Shown piece after piece: positions 1 to 9,722 of a DNA stretch of 64,000 bases (position 1 is the stretch's first letter; each line of letters opens with the position of its first letter). Source of the stretch: Alphaproteobacteria bacterium (GTDB taxonomy: Bacteria > Pseudomonadota > Alphaproteobacteria > UBA828); contig CAXXVO010000008.1 in the NCBI GenBank assembly GCA_963422645.2, forward strand, positions 384,001 through 448,000, read 5' to 3'. The position numbers and the translations under genes are program-made. Below the pieces are notes generated by a model, which worked only from the letters and a program-made list of their open reading frames with translations, had not been told where the DNA came from and ran no database searches.

Positions 1-2
1 CG

Positions 3-461
3 TCGCTTGGGGAGGGATACGCGACGCTGCTTGAGGCATTCTCCGTACTTCGCGGTTCCGAGCACCGTGCGCTGCGTCGAATATTTCATGAGTGGTTCAG
101 CTTGCTTGTCGGACAAGGCGCCGGCGGCGCCTTGATCGAGGGGTTCGAGGAGATGGAGCGACTTGAGGAAGCGGGCGAGTTGCGGACGCCGGTCCAGGAC
201 CGGGTGCGCGCATGGCAGGAGGCGGAACGCGAGCAGGGCCGCGCGGAGGGCGTCGAGCAGGGCCGCGCGGAAGGTGTCGAGCAGGAGCGCGCGCTGCTGC
301 TGCGCCAGACCGAACGGAAGTTCGGCGCGGACACTGCCGGCCGCGCTGCGCCCCTGCTGGCCGGGATCGGCGAGCCGGAGCGGCTGGCGGACGTCGGCGA
401 CTGGATCATCGACTGCGCCACAGGCGACGTGCTGATCGCGCGGCTGGAGGGCGCAGCCTAG
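3..461 (+). CDS. Rpn/YhgA-like recombination-promoting nuclease (putative transposase), C-terminal part; 5' end lies outside the window
   Basis: Frame is open from base 3. EQGRAEGV repeats are followed by the typical 'LLLRQTERKFG...L..I..PERLADVGDWIIDC' tail (DUF4351-like). Confidence 0.75.
   Translation, partial: SLGEGYATLLEAFSVLRGSEHRALRRIFHEWFSLLVGQGAGGALIEGFEEMERLEEAGELRTPVQDRVRAWQEAEREQGRAEGVEQGRAEGVEQERALLLRQTERKFGADTAGRAAPLLAGIGEPERLADVGDWIIDCATGDVLIARLEGAA
231..285 (+). repeat. 24-bp tandem repeat (about 2.3 units) encoding EQGRAEGV
   Basis: gagcagggccgcgcggagggcgtc / gagcagggccgcgcggaaggtgtc / gagcagg. Confidence 0.9.
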
Positions 462-512
462 CCGGGGCGTGCCGCGCGCCCTTCGCAGATTAGCGCGAGG
501 GGCCGCGACGCT

Positions 513-2366
513 TCAGCCCGTCCGCAGACCGAAGCCGAGATCGCGAACGGCCTTGCGGAACGCCGCCTCGGACCTCGTCCGAACCGCCAGATGCCGTTTC
601 CCCGCGCGCAGGCAGAGCCTGGCCGTGCGCTCGTCGCCTGCGATCCTGGCGGCGACATCCTCGTCGGCGCATTCGATCAACAGCGCCGCCCCTTGCGCCC
701 TGAGCGCGCCCGCCCCACGCTCCACGTTGCGCAGGAAGCCCTCGACCGTCTCGGGCAGAGGCTGGTCGTCCCGTGCCGCCAGGAATGCGCGCAACTCGTC
801 GGCATCGTGCCCGCTCTCGAAGGCCGCCAGGGTCCTGTCGCGCGCCAGCCGCCAGACGCCCTCCGCCTCGGCCTCCGCAAACGTCTCCAGCATCAGCCTC
901 TCGTCCGCCGACAAGGCCTCGCCGGTACACACTCGCAGGTCGGGAAAGACGGTCAGCGAGGTGCGCTCCGCCGGCGCGCCCGGCTCGTAAGTGTCGGCGA
1001 GTCCCAGGCAGTACGCGCCGAGCGGGTTCAGCCGGAAGAATTGCAGCCCGTCGTAGCGGCTGAGCCAGGCCAGCTCGTCACTCCCCGGCAGCCCCGTGAA
1101 ATCGAGCCGCGCTCCCTTCGGATGGATATAGGCGACATCGATCAGGCCCAACGTCGCGGCGTACTCGAACAGCACACACAGAAGGTAACGGTCCTGCAGG
1201 ATGCTCCAGCCGTGACAGCCGGCATAGCCCAGGCTGTCGTAGTGCGGATCGAAGAGGTAGAGCTTCCACGGGTCGCGCGTGATGCCGAACGCGAAGGACG
1301 CCGCCTGCATGAAGCGCGAGAACTCGTCGAAGCGCACCCAGCGGCCCAAAGGACAGTGCTCCAGCGCCTCGGCGATCACCGGGCGGCGCGCCGACACCGC
1401 AATCATCGCGCGCCTGCCCTTGCCGCGTTGCTGGCCCTTGATGGCGTCGATGCGGCTGAACTCGTCGAGCAGGCCGTTCCCGATCCAGCGTTGCCAGAGA
1501 TGGCGCAGCGTCTCCGCTGCGGGCGCGCCCAGGGCCGCATGACCCGTCTTCGTCAGCGCCAGCTTCGAGCCCCGGGGCTCGGCCAGCTTGCCGGCCTGCA
1601 CCAGCAACGGCCAGGCGAACGCCCTGACGGGGCCGATCGCCTGCTCCCCGCGCTGCCGCTTCTCCGCGAGCTCGAAGAAATCGCCCGCGTCCAGCTCCCC
1701 GGCGATGGCCGCCGCCGCAGCCACCGAAGCCCGCCGCGTCTTCGCGCTCACCGCGACCCGGCCCAGGTCGATCAGGCGCAGCACGGCGACGAGGTCCCTC
1801 TGCGCCGCGCGCTCCATGTCGCGGCGAACCAGCTGGACGCGGTCGAACGCCGGCTCCTCGCCCTCGGGCACGTAGCCGCGCCGCCGCCGGTCGACCGCCT
1901 CCGGCAGCTCGTCCTCAGCGGCGAGCGCCGCCTCGGGCGGCGCGGGCACGAACGCATGCAGACGCTGCGCCAGGTCCGGCGGAATGAACGGCCTCTCGCC
2001 CACGCCCACGTGGCTGCCGCTGAAATGGAGGAAGAAGCGCAGGGGCAACGCGTCGGGAGCCCCGCGCCGGTCGAAGCCTTCGGGCAGCGCGCCGTACCTG
2101 GCCTCGAACCGCTCGGGCTCGAAGCCCTCCGCATCGTGCAGCGCCTCGTCTACCGCCAGTCGTTGAAGCTCGTCGAGACCGTCCCACAGGCGGCGGAGCG
2201 AGGCGCCGGCGAGACGGCCCTCGATGGCCGCGACCATGTCGGCCTTGCGGGTGGGCTGCGGCTTCGGCACCGAGAGCCAGTTCACCATGACCCGGAGGTC
2301 GTGGTTGCTCAGCGCGGCGAGAGCCTTCGCCAGGGTAGGGGTCCAGTCATCGGCGACACGGGCCAT
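513..2366 (-). CDS. Helicase-associated domain protein (XPB/Ssl2 N-terminal-like, Helicase_C_3-type C-terminus)
   Basis: 617-aa ORF. The C-terminal 'VWRLARDRTLAAFESG..ADELRAFLAAR...PLPETVEGFL' resembles the helicase-associated domain. No Walker motifs are visible. Confidence 0.65.
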   Translation of the reverse strand: MARVADDWTPTLAKALAALSNHDLRVMVNWLSVPKPQPTRKADMVAAIEGRLAGASLRRLWDGLDELQRLAVDEALHDAEGFEPERFEARYGALPEGFDRRGAPDALPLRFFLHFSGSHVGVGERPFIPPDLAQRLHAFVPAPPEAALAAEDELPEAVDRRRRGYVPEGEEPAFDRVQLVRRDMERAAQRDLVAVLRLIDLGRVAVSAKTRRASVAAAAAIAGELDAGDFFELAEKRQRGEQAIGPVRAFAWPLLVQAGKLAEPRGSKLALTKTGHAALGAPAAETLRHLWQRWIGNGLLDEFSRIDAIKGQQRGKGRRAMIAVSARRPVIAEALEHCPLGRWVRFDEFSRFMQAASFAFGITRDPWKLYLFDPHYDSLGYAGCHGWSILQDRYLLCVLFEYAATLGLIDVAYIHPKGARLDFTGLPGSDELAWLSRYDGLQFFRLNPLGAYCLGLADTYEPGAPAERTSLTVFPDLRVCTGEALSADERLMLETFAEAEAEGVWRLARDRTLAAFESGHDADELRAFLAARDDQPLPETVEGFLRNVERGAGALRAQGAALLIECADEDVAARIAGDERTARLCLRAGKRHLAVRTRSEAAFRKAVRDLGFGLRTG

Positions 2367-2511
2367 CGTTCAATCCCCTCCCGCGTGCGGATACGGTCGT
2401 GACGGCATGAGAAGTGGGCCAGCCAGGTCCCCGCGTCGCGCACTCCCCGCAGTTGCGCACGGCGCATGGCGGGTGCCGCCGACAGGTCGAGCACAGGAAG
2501 CGCCCGGGCTG

Positions 2512-2937
2512 CTAGCGCTCACCGACGGCCCTGTCGTCGCCATCCGAGCCCATGACGCGCGTAATCAGGTCATCGGTGACGTCCTCGAAGTAGCTCTCCA
2601 GCTCGGAGTGAAGCCGCTCGAACTCCGGCCACACCACGCCGTCGAAGTCGCGCTCGCGGGCGCGCACCATGACCGTCGTCCGCCGTTGCCGCGCATAGCG
2701 GTAGGGCTTGATCCCGTGCTTGCGGCAGACCGCGGCGAGCAGGCTGACCGACCACACGTCGGGCAGCGTCAGCTTCAGCTCCACCTCCGGTTCGCGCTTC
2801 CCGTCCCGGCTGCCCAGCCGGGCGCGCAGCCGGTCCATCGCCGCCCCTGCGGCCGCCCGCTCCCCCGGACCGCCGGCACGCCGGAAGAGCGCCTCCACCT
2901 TGGCGAGTTTCGCCCTGAGCGCTTCCTCGCCGGCCAT
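2512..2937 (-). CDS. Conserved hypothetical protein (DUF2786-like N-terminal helix)
   Basis: 141-aa ORF beginning 'LRAKLAKVEALFRRAG.PGERAAA.AAMDRL', a start typical of mobile-element hypotheticals. Confidence 0.55.
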   Translation of the reverse strand: MAGEEALRAKLAKVEALFRRAGGPGERAAAGAAMDRLRARLGSRDGKREPEVELKLTLPDVWSVSLLAAVCRKHGIKPYRYARQRRTTVMVRARERDFDGVVWPEFERLHSELESYFEDVTDDLITRVMGSDGDDRAVGER

Positions 2938-3330
2938 CGCAAGACCCCTTGACGAACTGCATCCCCGACACGGCGATCGCCCCCGCGTCTCGCCGTCTAT
3001 GCCAGCAACGCGGCGAGCCCGGCAAGCACCTCGTCAACGATCGCCGCCGAAACGGAGTCCAGGCGTCTGCCGTTCCGGGCAGCAAGGTCGAGGACGCGGG
3101 GCCGATCGCAGCGGATTGCCCCGGTGGTCCGGGCGCTTCCTCGTCGGCCGACAGGGTCTCGCCGGTACACACCCGCCGGTCGGGTCTGCCGTGTGTCCTC
3201 TGTCCTCAGGCCGTTCCCGGCGGGATAAGCGTGCCCCCCGTCCTCTCCTCCGCGCCTGCAATCATGAGACGCGCCACGGATGTCTTCTCCGTTTTCGAGC
3301 GCGGCGCGGGACACGACGCCAAGGCCACGC

Positions 3331-4494
3331 TTACGGCATGATGTCGGCGGCGATGCTGTCCGCCACAAGGGCCGCAGCCTCTTTCACCGAGTCCCGAGCC
3401 AGGTGGGCGTACCGCGCTGTCGTCTGCAATTTCCGGTGGCCGAGTAGCTTTCCGATCATCGTGAGATCCTCGCCCAGCGCCAAAGCCCGCGAGGCAAAGC
3501 TGTGGCGAAGGTCGTGAAGCCGCACGTCTTCCAGCCCGGCGCGCTCCCTGACCGGGTACCAGTAGTAGGCGAGGTGCGTCAGCCGCTCGCCCGGCTCACG
3601 GCCCGCGATCACCCAGGGATTGCCGGCAAGACGCGGCACGTTCGCCAATACCCGCGCCGCCGCCGGCGACAGCGGAACCACGCGCGGGCCGGTCTTGCTC
3701 TCGCGCAACCGAACCTCGTTCCGCTCCAGCGCAACGTCCTCCCACCGAAGCCCCACCACTTCGCCCGAGCGGCACCCGGTCAGCATCAGAAGCCGGATCG
3801 CCGCCGCCGCGTGAGCCGGTAGCCAGCCCTCGGCCTCCATGTCGTCCAGAGCCCGGCCCAGGCGCCCGAACTCCTCCTCCGTCAGGAAGCGTTCCGGGCG
3901 CCGCGTCCGGTAGCGCGTCACGAAGCGGCAGGGGTTGCTGCCCGCCGGAACCAGTCCCCACGCCTCCGCCCGGTTCAGCATCCGCGACAGCGCCCCCACC
4001 GCCTCGTTCGCCGCCACCGGCGTCTTGCGCAGGCGGTAGTGAAGCTCGGCCACGTGCTCGCGGCCCAGCGCCGACAGCGGCACCTTGCCCAGCGGCGGCA
4101 GGACATGCTTGCCGATCACCAGACGGTAGCCGGCGATCGTGCTCGCCCTGCAGCGAACCTCCACGTGCTCGCGCATGTACCGCTCGGCCAGATCGGCCAC
4201 CGTCGGCCCGCTCCCCTCGCCCGCCCCCGGCTCTTCACCGGCCTTGATGCGGGCCAGGAGCGAAGTTCCCTGACTGCGCGCCTCGTCCGCAGAGATGGTG
4301 CCGTGACGGCCCACCGCGATCCGCTTCGACCCTCTGGGGCCGCGGCCCTGCACGAGGTACGTCTTCACGCCGTTGGGGTAGACCCGCACCCCGAAGCCGC
4401 GCAGGTCCCGGTCCCAGTAGATCACCTCCTTGTCGCGGGCCCGCAGGCCGTCCACCACCCGGTTCGACAGCGACTTCCGTTCAAGTCTCGCCAT
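3331..4494 (-). CDS. Tyrosine recombinase/integrase with N-terminal arm-binding (DUF4102-like) domain
   Basis: 'WDRDLRGFGVRV' arm domain; catalytic LTGCR, HDLRH, LGH, TARYAH. ATG at 4494 lies 10 bp after the upstream integrase stop. Confidence 0.93.
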   Translation of the reverse strand: MARLERKSLSNRVVDGLRARDKEVIYWDRDLRGFGVRVYPNGVKTYLVQGRGPRGSKRIAVGRHGTISADEARSQGTSLLARIKAGEEPGAGEGSGPTVADLAERYMREHVEVRCRASTIAGYRLVIGKHVLPPLGKVPLSALGREHVAELHYRLRKTPVAANEAVGALSRMLNRAEAWGLVPAGSNPCRFVTRYRTRRPERFLTEEEFGRLGRALDDMEAEGWLPAHAAAAIRLLMLTGCRSGEVVGLRWEDVALERNEVRLRESKTGPRVVPLSPAAARVLANVPRLAGNPWVIAGREPGERLTHLAYYWYPVRERAGLEDVRLHDLRHSFASRALALGEDLTMIGKLLGHRKLQTTARYAHLARDSVKEAAALVADSIAADIMP

Positions 4495-4504
4495 GTCTCG
4501 ACCC

Positions 4505-5743
4505 CTACCGTCCCTGAGCCGGCGCGCCCGGCGACGATCCGTGTCCGCGGGCATGGGCCGCGGCGGCCTCGGCGCGCACAACGTCGTCCTCGATGCTGCC
4601 TCCCACCCGCGCCGCCGCGATCTTCTCCGCGTCCCGCGACAGGTGCGCGTAGCGCGCCGTGCTGCCGATGTCCGTGTGGCCCAGAAGACGGCCGATCATC
4701 GGAAGCGCAAGACCTACAGCCAGAGCCCGCGACGCAAAGCTGTGCCGCAGGTCGTGGATCCTCACATCCTCGACTTCCGCCTGCTCCCGAACCCGATGCC
4801 AGTACTTGGTCAGAGTCGACAGGTGGCGATCCGGCTTGCGCGCCGGGAACACCCACGGGCTCCGCCGCACACGCTTGATCCCGGCCAGCACCTCCAGCGC
4901 TGGCGGCGGCAGCGGCACCATCCGCGCACCCGTCTTCGCGTCGCGAAGCCGGAGCTCGCCTGCCTTGCGGTCGACGTCGCTCCACCGCAGCGTCAGTACC
5001 TCCCCCGCGCGGCAACCCGTCAGCATGATCAGCCGCAACGCCGCAGCGGCCCGCGCCTGCAGCGGGCCGCCGGCCTCCAGCTCCCGCAGTGCAAGACCCA
5101 GCCTGCGGTACTCGTCTTCCGTGAGAAAGCGCTCCCGCCGGCCCTCCTTGTAGCGCAGCACGTGCCGGCACGGGTTGCCCCCGGGCGGCGCCAGTCCCCA
5201 CGCCTCCGCCAATTTGAACATCTTCGAGAGCACCATCAGCGCCCGGTTCGCCGCACGCGGCGTCTCGCGCATCCCGTAGTGCAGCGCCGCCACTTCCTCC
5301 CGGCCCACGGAAGTAACCTCCTTCGCGCCCAGCGCCGGCAGGATGTGGTTCCTCAGCGAGCCCGCGTAGATCCACTGGGTGTGCGCGTTGCAGTGCACCT
5401 TGACGTGGCCCTCCATGTAGCGCTCGGCCAGGGCGGCGACGGTGAACGTGCTCATGCCTTCAGACGGTCTCGGCTCCGGGTCCTCGCCCTGCTTGATGCG
5501 GGCGATTGCGGCGGCGGCCTTCTTGCGCGCCTCCTCGGCGGTGGTCTCGCCGTGCCGGCCGAGCGAGACCCGCCTGATGCCGGCCGGCCCCCGGCTCTGG
5601 GCCACGTAGATCTTGCTGCCGGAGGGGTAGACCCTGACGCCGAAGCCGGGCAGTTCCCGGTCCCAGAAGACGGCTTCCCCGTTCTCGACGGAGAGCCCGT
5701 CGACGGTGCGCTTTGAAATGGTGAGCTCGCCTCGTCTTGGCAT
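4505..5743 (-). CDS. Tyrosine recombinase/integrase with arm-binding domain (paralog of the adjacent gene)
   Basis: 'WDRELPGFGVRV', LTGCR, HDLRHSFAS, LLGH, TARYAH. Confidence 0.93.
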   Translation of the reverse strand: MPRRGELTISKRTVDGLSVENGEAVFWDRELPGFGVRVYPSGSKIYVAQSRGPAGIRRVSLGRHGETTAEEARKKAAAAIARIKQGEDPEPRPSEGMSTFTVAALAERYMEGHVKVHCNAHTQWIYAGSLRNHILPALGAKEVTSVGREEVAALHYGMRETPRAANRALMVLSKMFKLAEAWGLAPPGGNPCRHVLRYKEGRRERFLTEDEYRRLGLALRELEAGGPLQARAAAALRLIMLTGCRAGEVLTLRWSDVDRKAGELRLRDAKTGARMVPLPPPALEVLAGIKRVRRSPWVFPARKPDRHLSTLTKYWHRVREQAEVEDVRIHDLRHSFASRALAVGLALPMIGRLLGHTDIGSTARYAHLSRDAEKIAAARVGGSIEDDVVRAEAAAAHARGHGSSPGAPAQGR

Positions 5744-5775
5744 CGGGATTCCTCGAGTCGCGGCGGGTCTGGATC

Positions 5776-5910
5776 GCCGTAACAGCCGTAATCACTTCGT
5801 AAGCCGGTGAAATCAAACTCCAGCGTATTGGAGCGTAGGATTGACACAACGTCAAGCGGCATGTGGAGGTATGAGAATGAAACGAAGTAACTGTTATAAT
5901 GCCGTTAATC
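5776..5910. promoter_or_regulatory. Divergent control region: (g/t)cgtaa direct repeats, TTGAC-N5-GTCAA palindrome, extended -10 (TGtTATAAT) for the lipoprotein gene
   Basis: gccgtaa 5776, gccgtaa 5785, tcgtaa 5797, gccgttaa 5901; palindrome 5841-5855; TGTTATAAT 5892-5900. Confidence 0.45.
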
Positions 5911-6007
5911 GTACTCCAGCGTGCCGCAGCGTACCAGAGCGTAGCTCGGCGTAGACATTTTCACGATTCGCCAAACTCCGGATATTAAAAAGGAGAGCCT
6001 CGGAGCC

Positions 6008-7894
6008 ATGAAAAAGACGAAGCTGACTCGCAGTTTGATGGCGGCGTGCTCGATCGTCGCCCTCACCGCCGTCATGTACGGCTGTGTCCACAGTGGTGGG
6101 GACGGCGCAAGTACGGGCGGCGACACGGCCATGGAAGACATGATGCAGACGCCGGCCGAGCAACTGGCGGCCGCCCAGACGGCGGTTTCGGATGCAGAAG
6201 CGGCAGTGGCGGCTGCGACCAACGCAACTGAGCGTGCGGCCGCCTATGGCCAACTGGCGGCAGCGGAGCAGATGCTCGCGGATGCCGAGGCCATTCCTGA
6301 GAATGTGCTCGCGGCTTTGCGGCAGAGGCTCGCCGACGCGGAAGACGACCTTGACGACGCCGAAGCTCTCAGGACTGCCATTGATGCCGTGAACGCGGCC
6401 GAGATGGCAGCGGGCGCCTTGGACGCCGATTCGGACCAGGCTGCCATAACCGCGGCTATGGCTCTCGTGACGGCGGCCCAGACGGCGGTTGACGCCCTGG
6501 GTGCGGATGACCAGGCCCGGCTTCAGGGTCAGGTCGACGGCGCCGACTACATGGTCATGGCGGCTCAGACCAGGTTGAACAACGCGGTGCAGGTCGCGGC
6601 GGATACCAAGGCGGCCGGCACCAAGGCGGAGGCCATCGCCGCGGAGGCTGAGGTGGCAGCGGGGGACGATGAGGGTCTCGGTGGCACTGGTGAGCCCACG
6701 GATTCGCAGGTGGCCGGTGAATACAACTTGGCCATCGAGTACGGCGAGACCTCCATCACAGTCGAAGGCACGACCGAAGACGACGACGAGGAGTTCATGC
6801 TGGCCATGGACCTCGGCGGCGGCCGCACCATGCATACCCGCACGATGGACGCGGATGACGACGGCAACGTGGTGACGGAAGTCGCGATCGTCGCCACCGA
6901 CATCGAGGCGCCGACGGCGACGGCGTTCGGGATGGTTCATACGTTGGACATCAGGGTGGATGGAGAGGATGCGACCGAGGCGATGCCGGATGACGCCCTG
7001 AACGTGGTGGCCGATAATCTTGCTCATGTGAAAGCGGACGCATTCAAAGCGCCCGCCGGAACAGTCGGAACCACCGATCTTTCCTTCCAGCAAGCGGTGG
7101 AAGACAACGATCAGACGGACGAAGATGAGTCCATGGATGCCGCCGAAATTATGGGCACATACCAAGGCGCCATGGGCACTTTCAAGTGCAACGCGACCGC
7201 CGCGTGCACAGTCACGGTCGACACCATGGGCGTGGTGAGCGCCGTTTCGAATGCCGATGACTGGATTTTCATCCCCGCTTCGGGCGCCACGGTCGACGTG
7301 GATGACACCGACTACCTGCACTACGGCTTCTGGCTGCAGAAGACGACGGACAAGGACGGCGTGGTTACCTACGACGAGGTCCAGACCTTCGCCGATTCGT
7401 CCGTTGATGCCACCGGTAGCGTTGCTCAGGTTACAGGCAGCGCGACCTACGACGGCGGTGCCACGGGCGTGTATGTGCATAGCGTGACCAACTCGGATGG
7501 CACTGAAGCATCGGCCACCTCCGGCCAGTTCTCGGCCGACGCAAGCCTGACGGCGACGTTCGGCCAGGTGAACAACGACGCCACTCCGCCTGAGGGCACC
7601 ATCGCGCCTGCCTTGCTGAACACCGTCAGCGGGACAATCGACAACTTCGTCCTGGAAAATGACGAGCAGCAGGCTTGGGCGGTGAACTTGCAAGGCGACA
7701 TCACCGAGAACGATGGCACCGCGGCCGGCACTGCCAATGGCGGTGGCGCTGCAGGCACGTTCAACGCCACCTTCCATGGTCCGAACGTGGATGCTGACAA
7801 CGATCCAATCCAGCCCCATAGCGTGGTTGGCGAGTTCGACGCCAACTTCAGCAACGGCTCTGTGGCCGGCGCCTTCGGGGCGAGGAAGGACTAG
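6008..7894 (+). CDS. Surface lipoprotein with TbpB-like C-terminal beta-barrel (probable Slam substrate)
   Basis: RBS aggag; signal peptide with lipobox MYGC; Ala-rich coiled region; acidic body; C-terminus 'VVGEFDANFSNGSVAGAFGARK' is typical of TbpB-like barrels; adjacent to a Slam gene. Confidence 0.8.
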   Translation: MKKTKLTRSLMAACSIVALTAVMYGCVHSGGDGASTGGDTAMEDMMQTPAEQLAAAQTAVSDAEAAVAAATNATERAAAYGQLAAAEQMLADAEAIPENVLAALRQRLADAEDDLDDAEALRTAIDAVNAAEMAAGALDADSDQAAITAAMALVTAAQTAVDALGADDQARLQGQVDGADYMVMAAQTRLNNAVQVAADTKAAGTKAEAIAAEAEVAAGDDEGLGGTGEPTDSQVAGEYNLAIEYGETSITVEGTTEDDDEEFMLAMDLGGGRTMHTRTMDADDDGNVVTEVAIVATDIEAPTATAFGMVHTLDIRVDGEDATEAMPDDALNVVADNLAHVKADAFKAPAGTVGTTDLSFQQAVEDNDQTDEDESMDAAEIMGTYQGAMGTFKCNATAACTVTVDTMGVVSAVSNADDWIFIPASGATVDVDDTDYLHYGFWLQKTTDKDGVVTYDEVQTFADSSVDATGSVAQVTGSATYDGGATGVYVHSVTNSDGTEASATSGQFSADASLTATFGQVNNDATPPEGTIAPALLNTVSGTIDNFVLENDEQQAWAVNLQGDITENDGTAAGTANGGGAAGTFNATFHGPNVDADNDPIQPHSVVGEFDANFSNGSVAGAFGARKD

Positions 7895-7957
7895 TACACG
7901 CCAGCAGCTTCGGGGTTCTTCGACAAGAACCTGACTTTTTGGCACAGACTACAGTAT

Positions 7958-7986
7958 GGGGGTGGCAGATTTGCCACCCCCTTTTT
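7958..7986 (+). terminator. Rho-independent terminator after the lipoprotein gene (a second hairpin lies at about 7913-7940)
   Basis: gggggtggcag-att-tgccaccccc followed by ttttt; upstream ggttctt-cgac-aagaacc..ttttt. Confidence 0.75.
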
Positions 7987-8051
7987 CTGTCCACCGAACA
8001 CCGATCCGAGTATCGCACTTGACCATCAGCCCTCTTCTCCGCGCGCCGGCA

Positions 8052-9722
8052 GTGACGACCCGGCTTCTCCTCCGCACGCTTGCCATCGCCGCCTGCCTCG
8101 CGCTCGCCGCGCCGGCCTGGGGCGCGGCGGACGAGGAGCCCGTGCCGTTGCCGCCCACCGCCCCCACCGCCGAGGCGCCTGCCGCGGCCGGCGAGGCCGG
8201 CGAGGCCGAGGCGAAGGCGCTGATCGATGCCGGCCGCTTCGCCGACGCGCTGGCCATTCTGCGGCCGCTGCTCGGCGAGGAGGCGGTCGAGGCCAACGCG
8301 CTCTTCCTCTACGGCCTTGCGGCGGTCGGTGCCTCGCGGCATCCCGACGTTGACGAGGACACCCGCGAGGCGCTGCTGAACGAGGCCATCGGCGCCTTCC
8401 ACGCCATGCTGGTCGAGGCGCCGGGGCTGGTGCGGGTGCGGCTGGAACTGGCGCGGGCGTTCTATCTCAAAGGCGAGGACGACCTCGCGCGGCGCCATTT
8501 CGAGGCGGTGCTGGCCGGCGGCGTGCCGCAGCAGGTGGCCGCCAATGTCCGCGACTTCCTCACCGCGATGCGGGCCCGCGATCGCTGGAGCTTCAGCGTC
8601 GGCGCGGCGCTGGCGCCGGACACCAACATCGGCGCGGCTTCCGAAGAGCGCACCATCTATATCCATGTCTTCGGCGAGCCCCTGCCCTTCGAGCGGAATG
8701 CGGACGAGCTGACGACCTCGGGCATCGGCGTCTCGGTCTGGGGCGGCGCGGAGTACCAGGTGCCGCTGGCGGAGCGCTGGCGGCTGCGCGCAGGCGGCGA
8801 GGCGGCGCGGCGGGAGTACTCGGGCTCGAAGTACGATCAGCTCTTCCTCGCCACCCACCTCGGCCCGCGCTGGCTGGTGGACCGCGACACGGCGGCGAGC
8901 CTGCTGGCGAGCGCGCGGCAGCGCTGGGTCGGCACGGTGCCGGACAACCGCGCGTTCGGCGCGCGGCTCGAGGTGGGGCGCCGGCTGAGCCCGCGAGTCA
9001 CGGTCTCGGGTCGTGCCTCCTGGCACGACCGGCGCTACCGGACGGAGAGTTTTCGGGACGGCCCCATCATGGATGCGTCGCTCAGGGGCTCCTGGGTGGT
9101 GACGCCGACAGTGCGGGCGGAGCTTTCCGCCGGCTACGCGCAGGAGCGGCCCGAGAGCGTGGCCTATCGCAACAGCAGCCGGTGGCTGGGCGCGGGGGTC
9201 TCGGTGATCCTGCCGCTGGGCTTCACCGTGGGTGGCGGTGCCGAGATGCGCTGGACCGACTTCGAGGACGAATGGCCCCCGTACACGCCGCCCGGCGAGG
9301 ACCGGGCGGACCGGACGCGGAGCCTGCGGCTCTCGGTCCACAACCGGGCGCTCACGCTGTTCGCCCTGAAGCTGGTCGCCGGCATCGCCGGCGCGGTGAC
9401 GCTGATGTCCATGCTGTCGTGCGCGGTGGACCGCATCGGCTCCCGCGCGGCGGCCGAGGCGGAGCTCGCGATGACCCGCGCGGCGGCGGCCGAGGAGCGG
9501 CGCGTCGCCGGGATTGCCGACCGGGCGAGGATCGAGGCCGAGGCCGCGCACCGCGATGCGCTCGTGCAACGGGAGCGCGACAGGACGGCGTCCGGGGCGG
9601 CGCTTGCGGCTGTCCGCGCCGCCGTCGATATCCCGCGCGCGCCCGGCGAGTGCCCGGCGCGCTGCCGCCTGCCCGAGGCGCTGATCGAGGCTCTGGAGAC
9701 GCAGGCGGAGACGGATCGATGA
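8052..9722 (+). pseudogene. Slam-family (DUF560) outer-membrane lipoprotein exporter, C-terminally truncated at about 9362 and fused in frame to an i-spanin-like sequence
   Basis: Signal peptide, TPR ('RVRLELARAFYL..EDDLARRHFE.VL'), 'APDTNI' barrel start and beta-strand pattern up to HNRALTLF. The sequence then switches to a hydrophobic stretch plus Ala/Arg/Glu coiled coil with CPARC, and has no terminal aromatic beta-signal. Confidence 0.7.

Noticed and set aside
5841-5900. Perfect sigma70 promoter from TTGACA (5841) and TATAAT (5895)
   Set aside because: Spacing is 48 bp, so they cannot form one promoter; only the extended -10 is retained.
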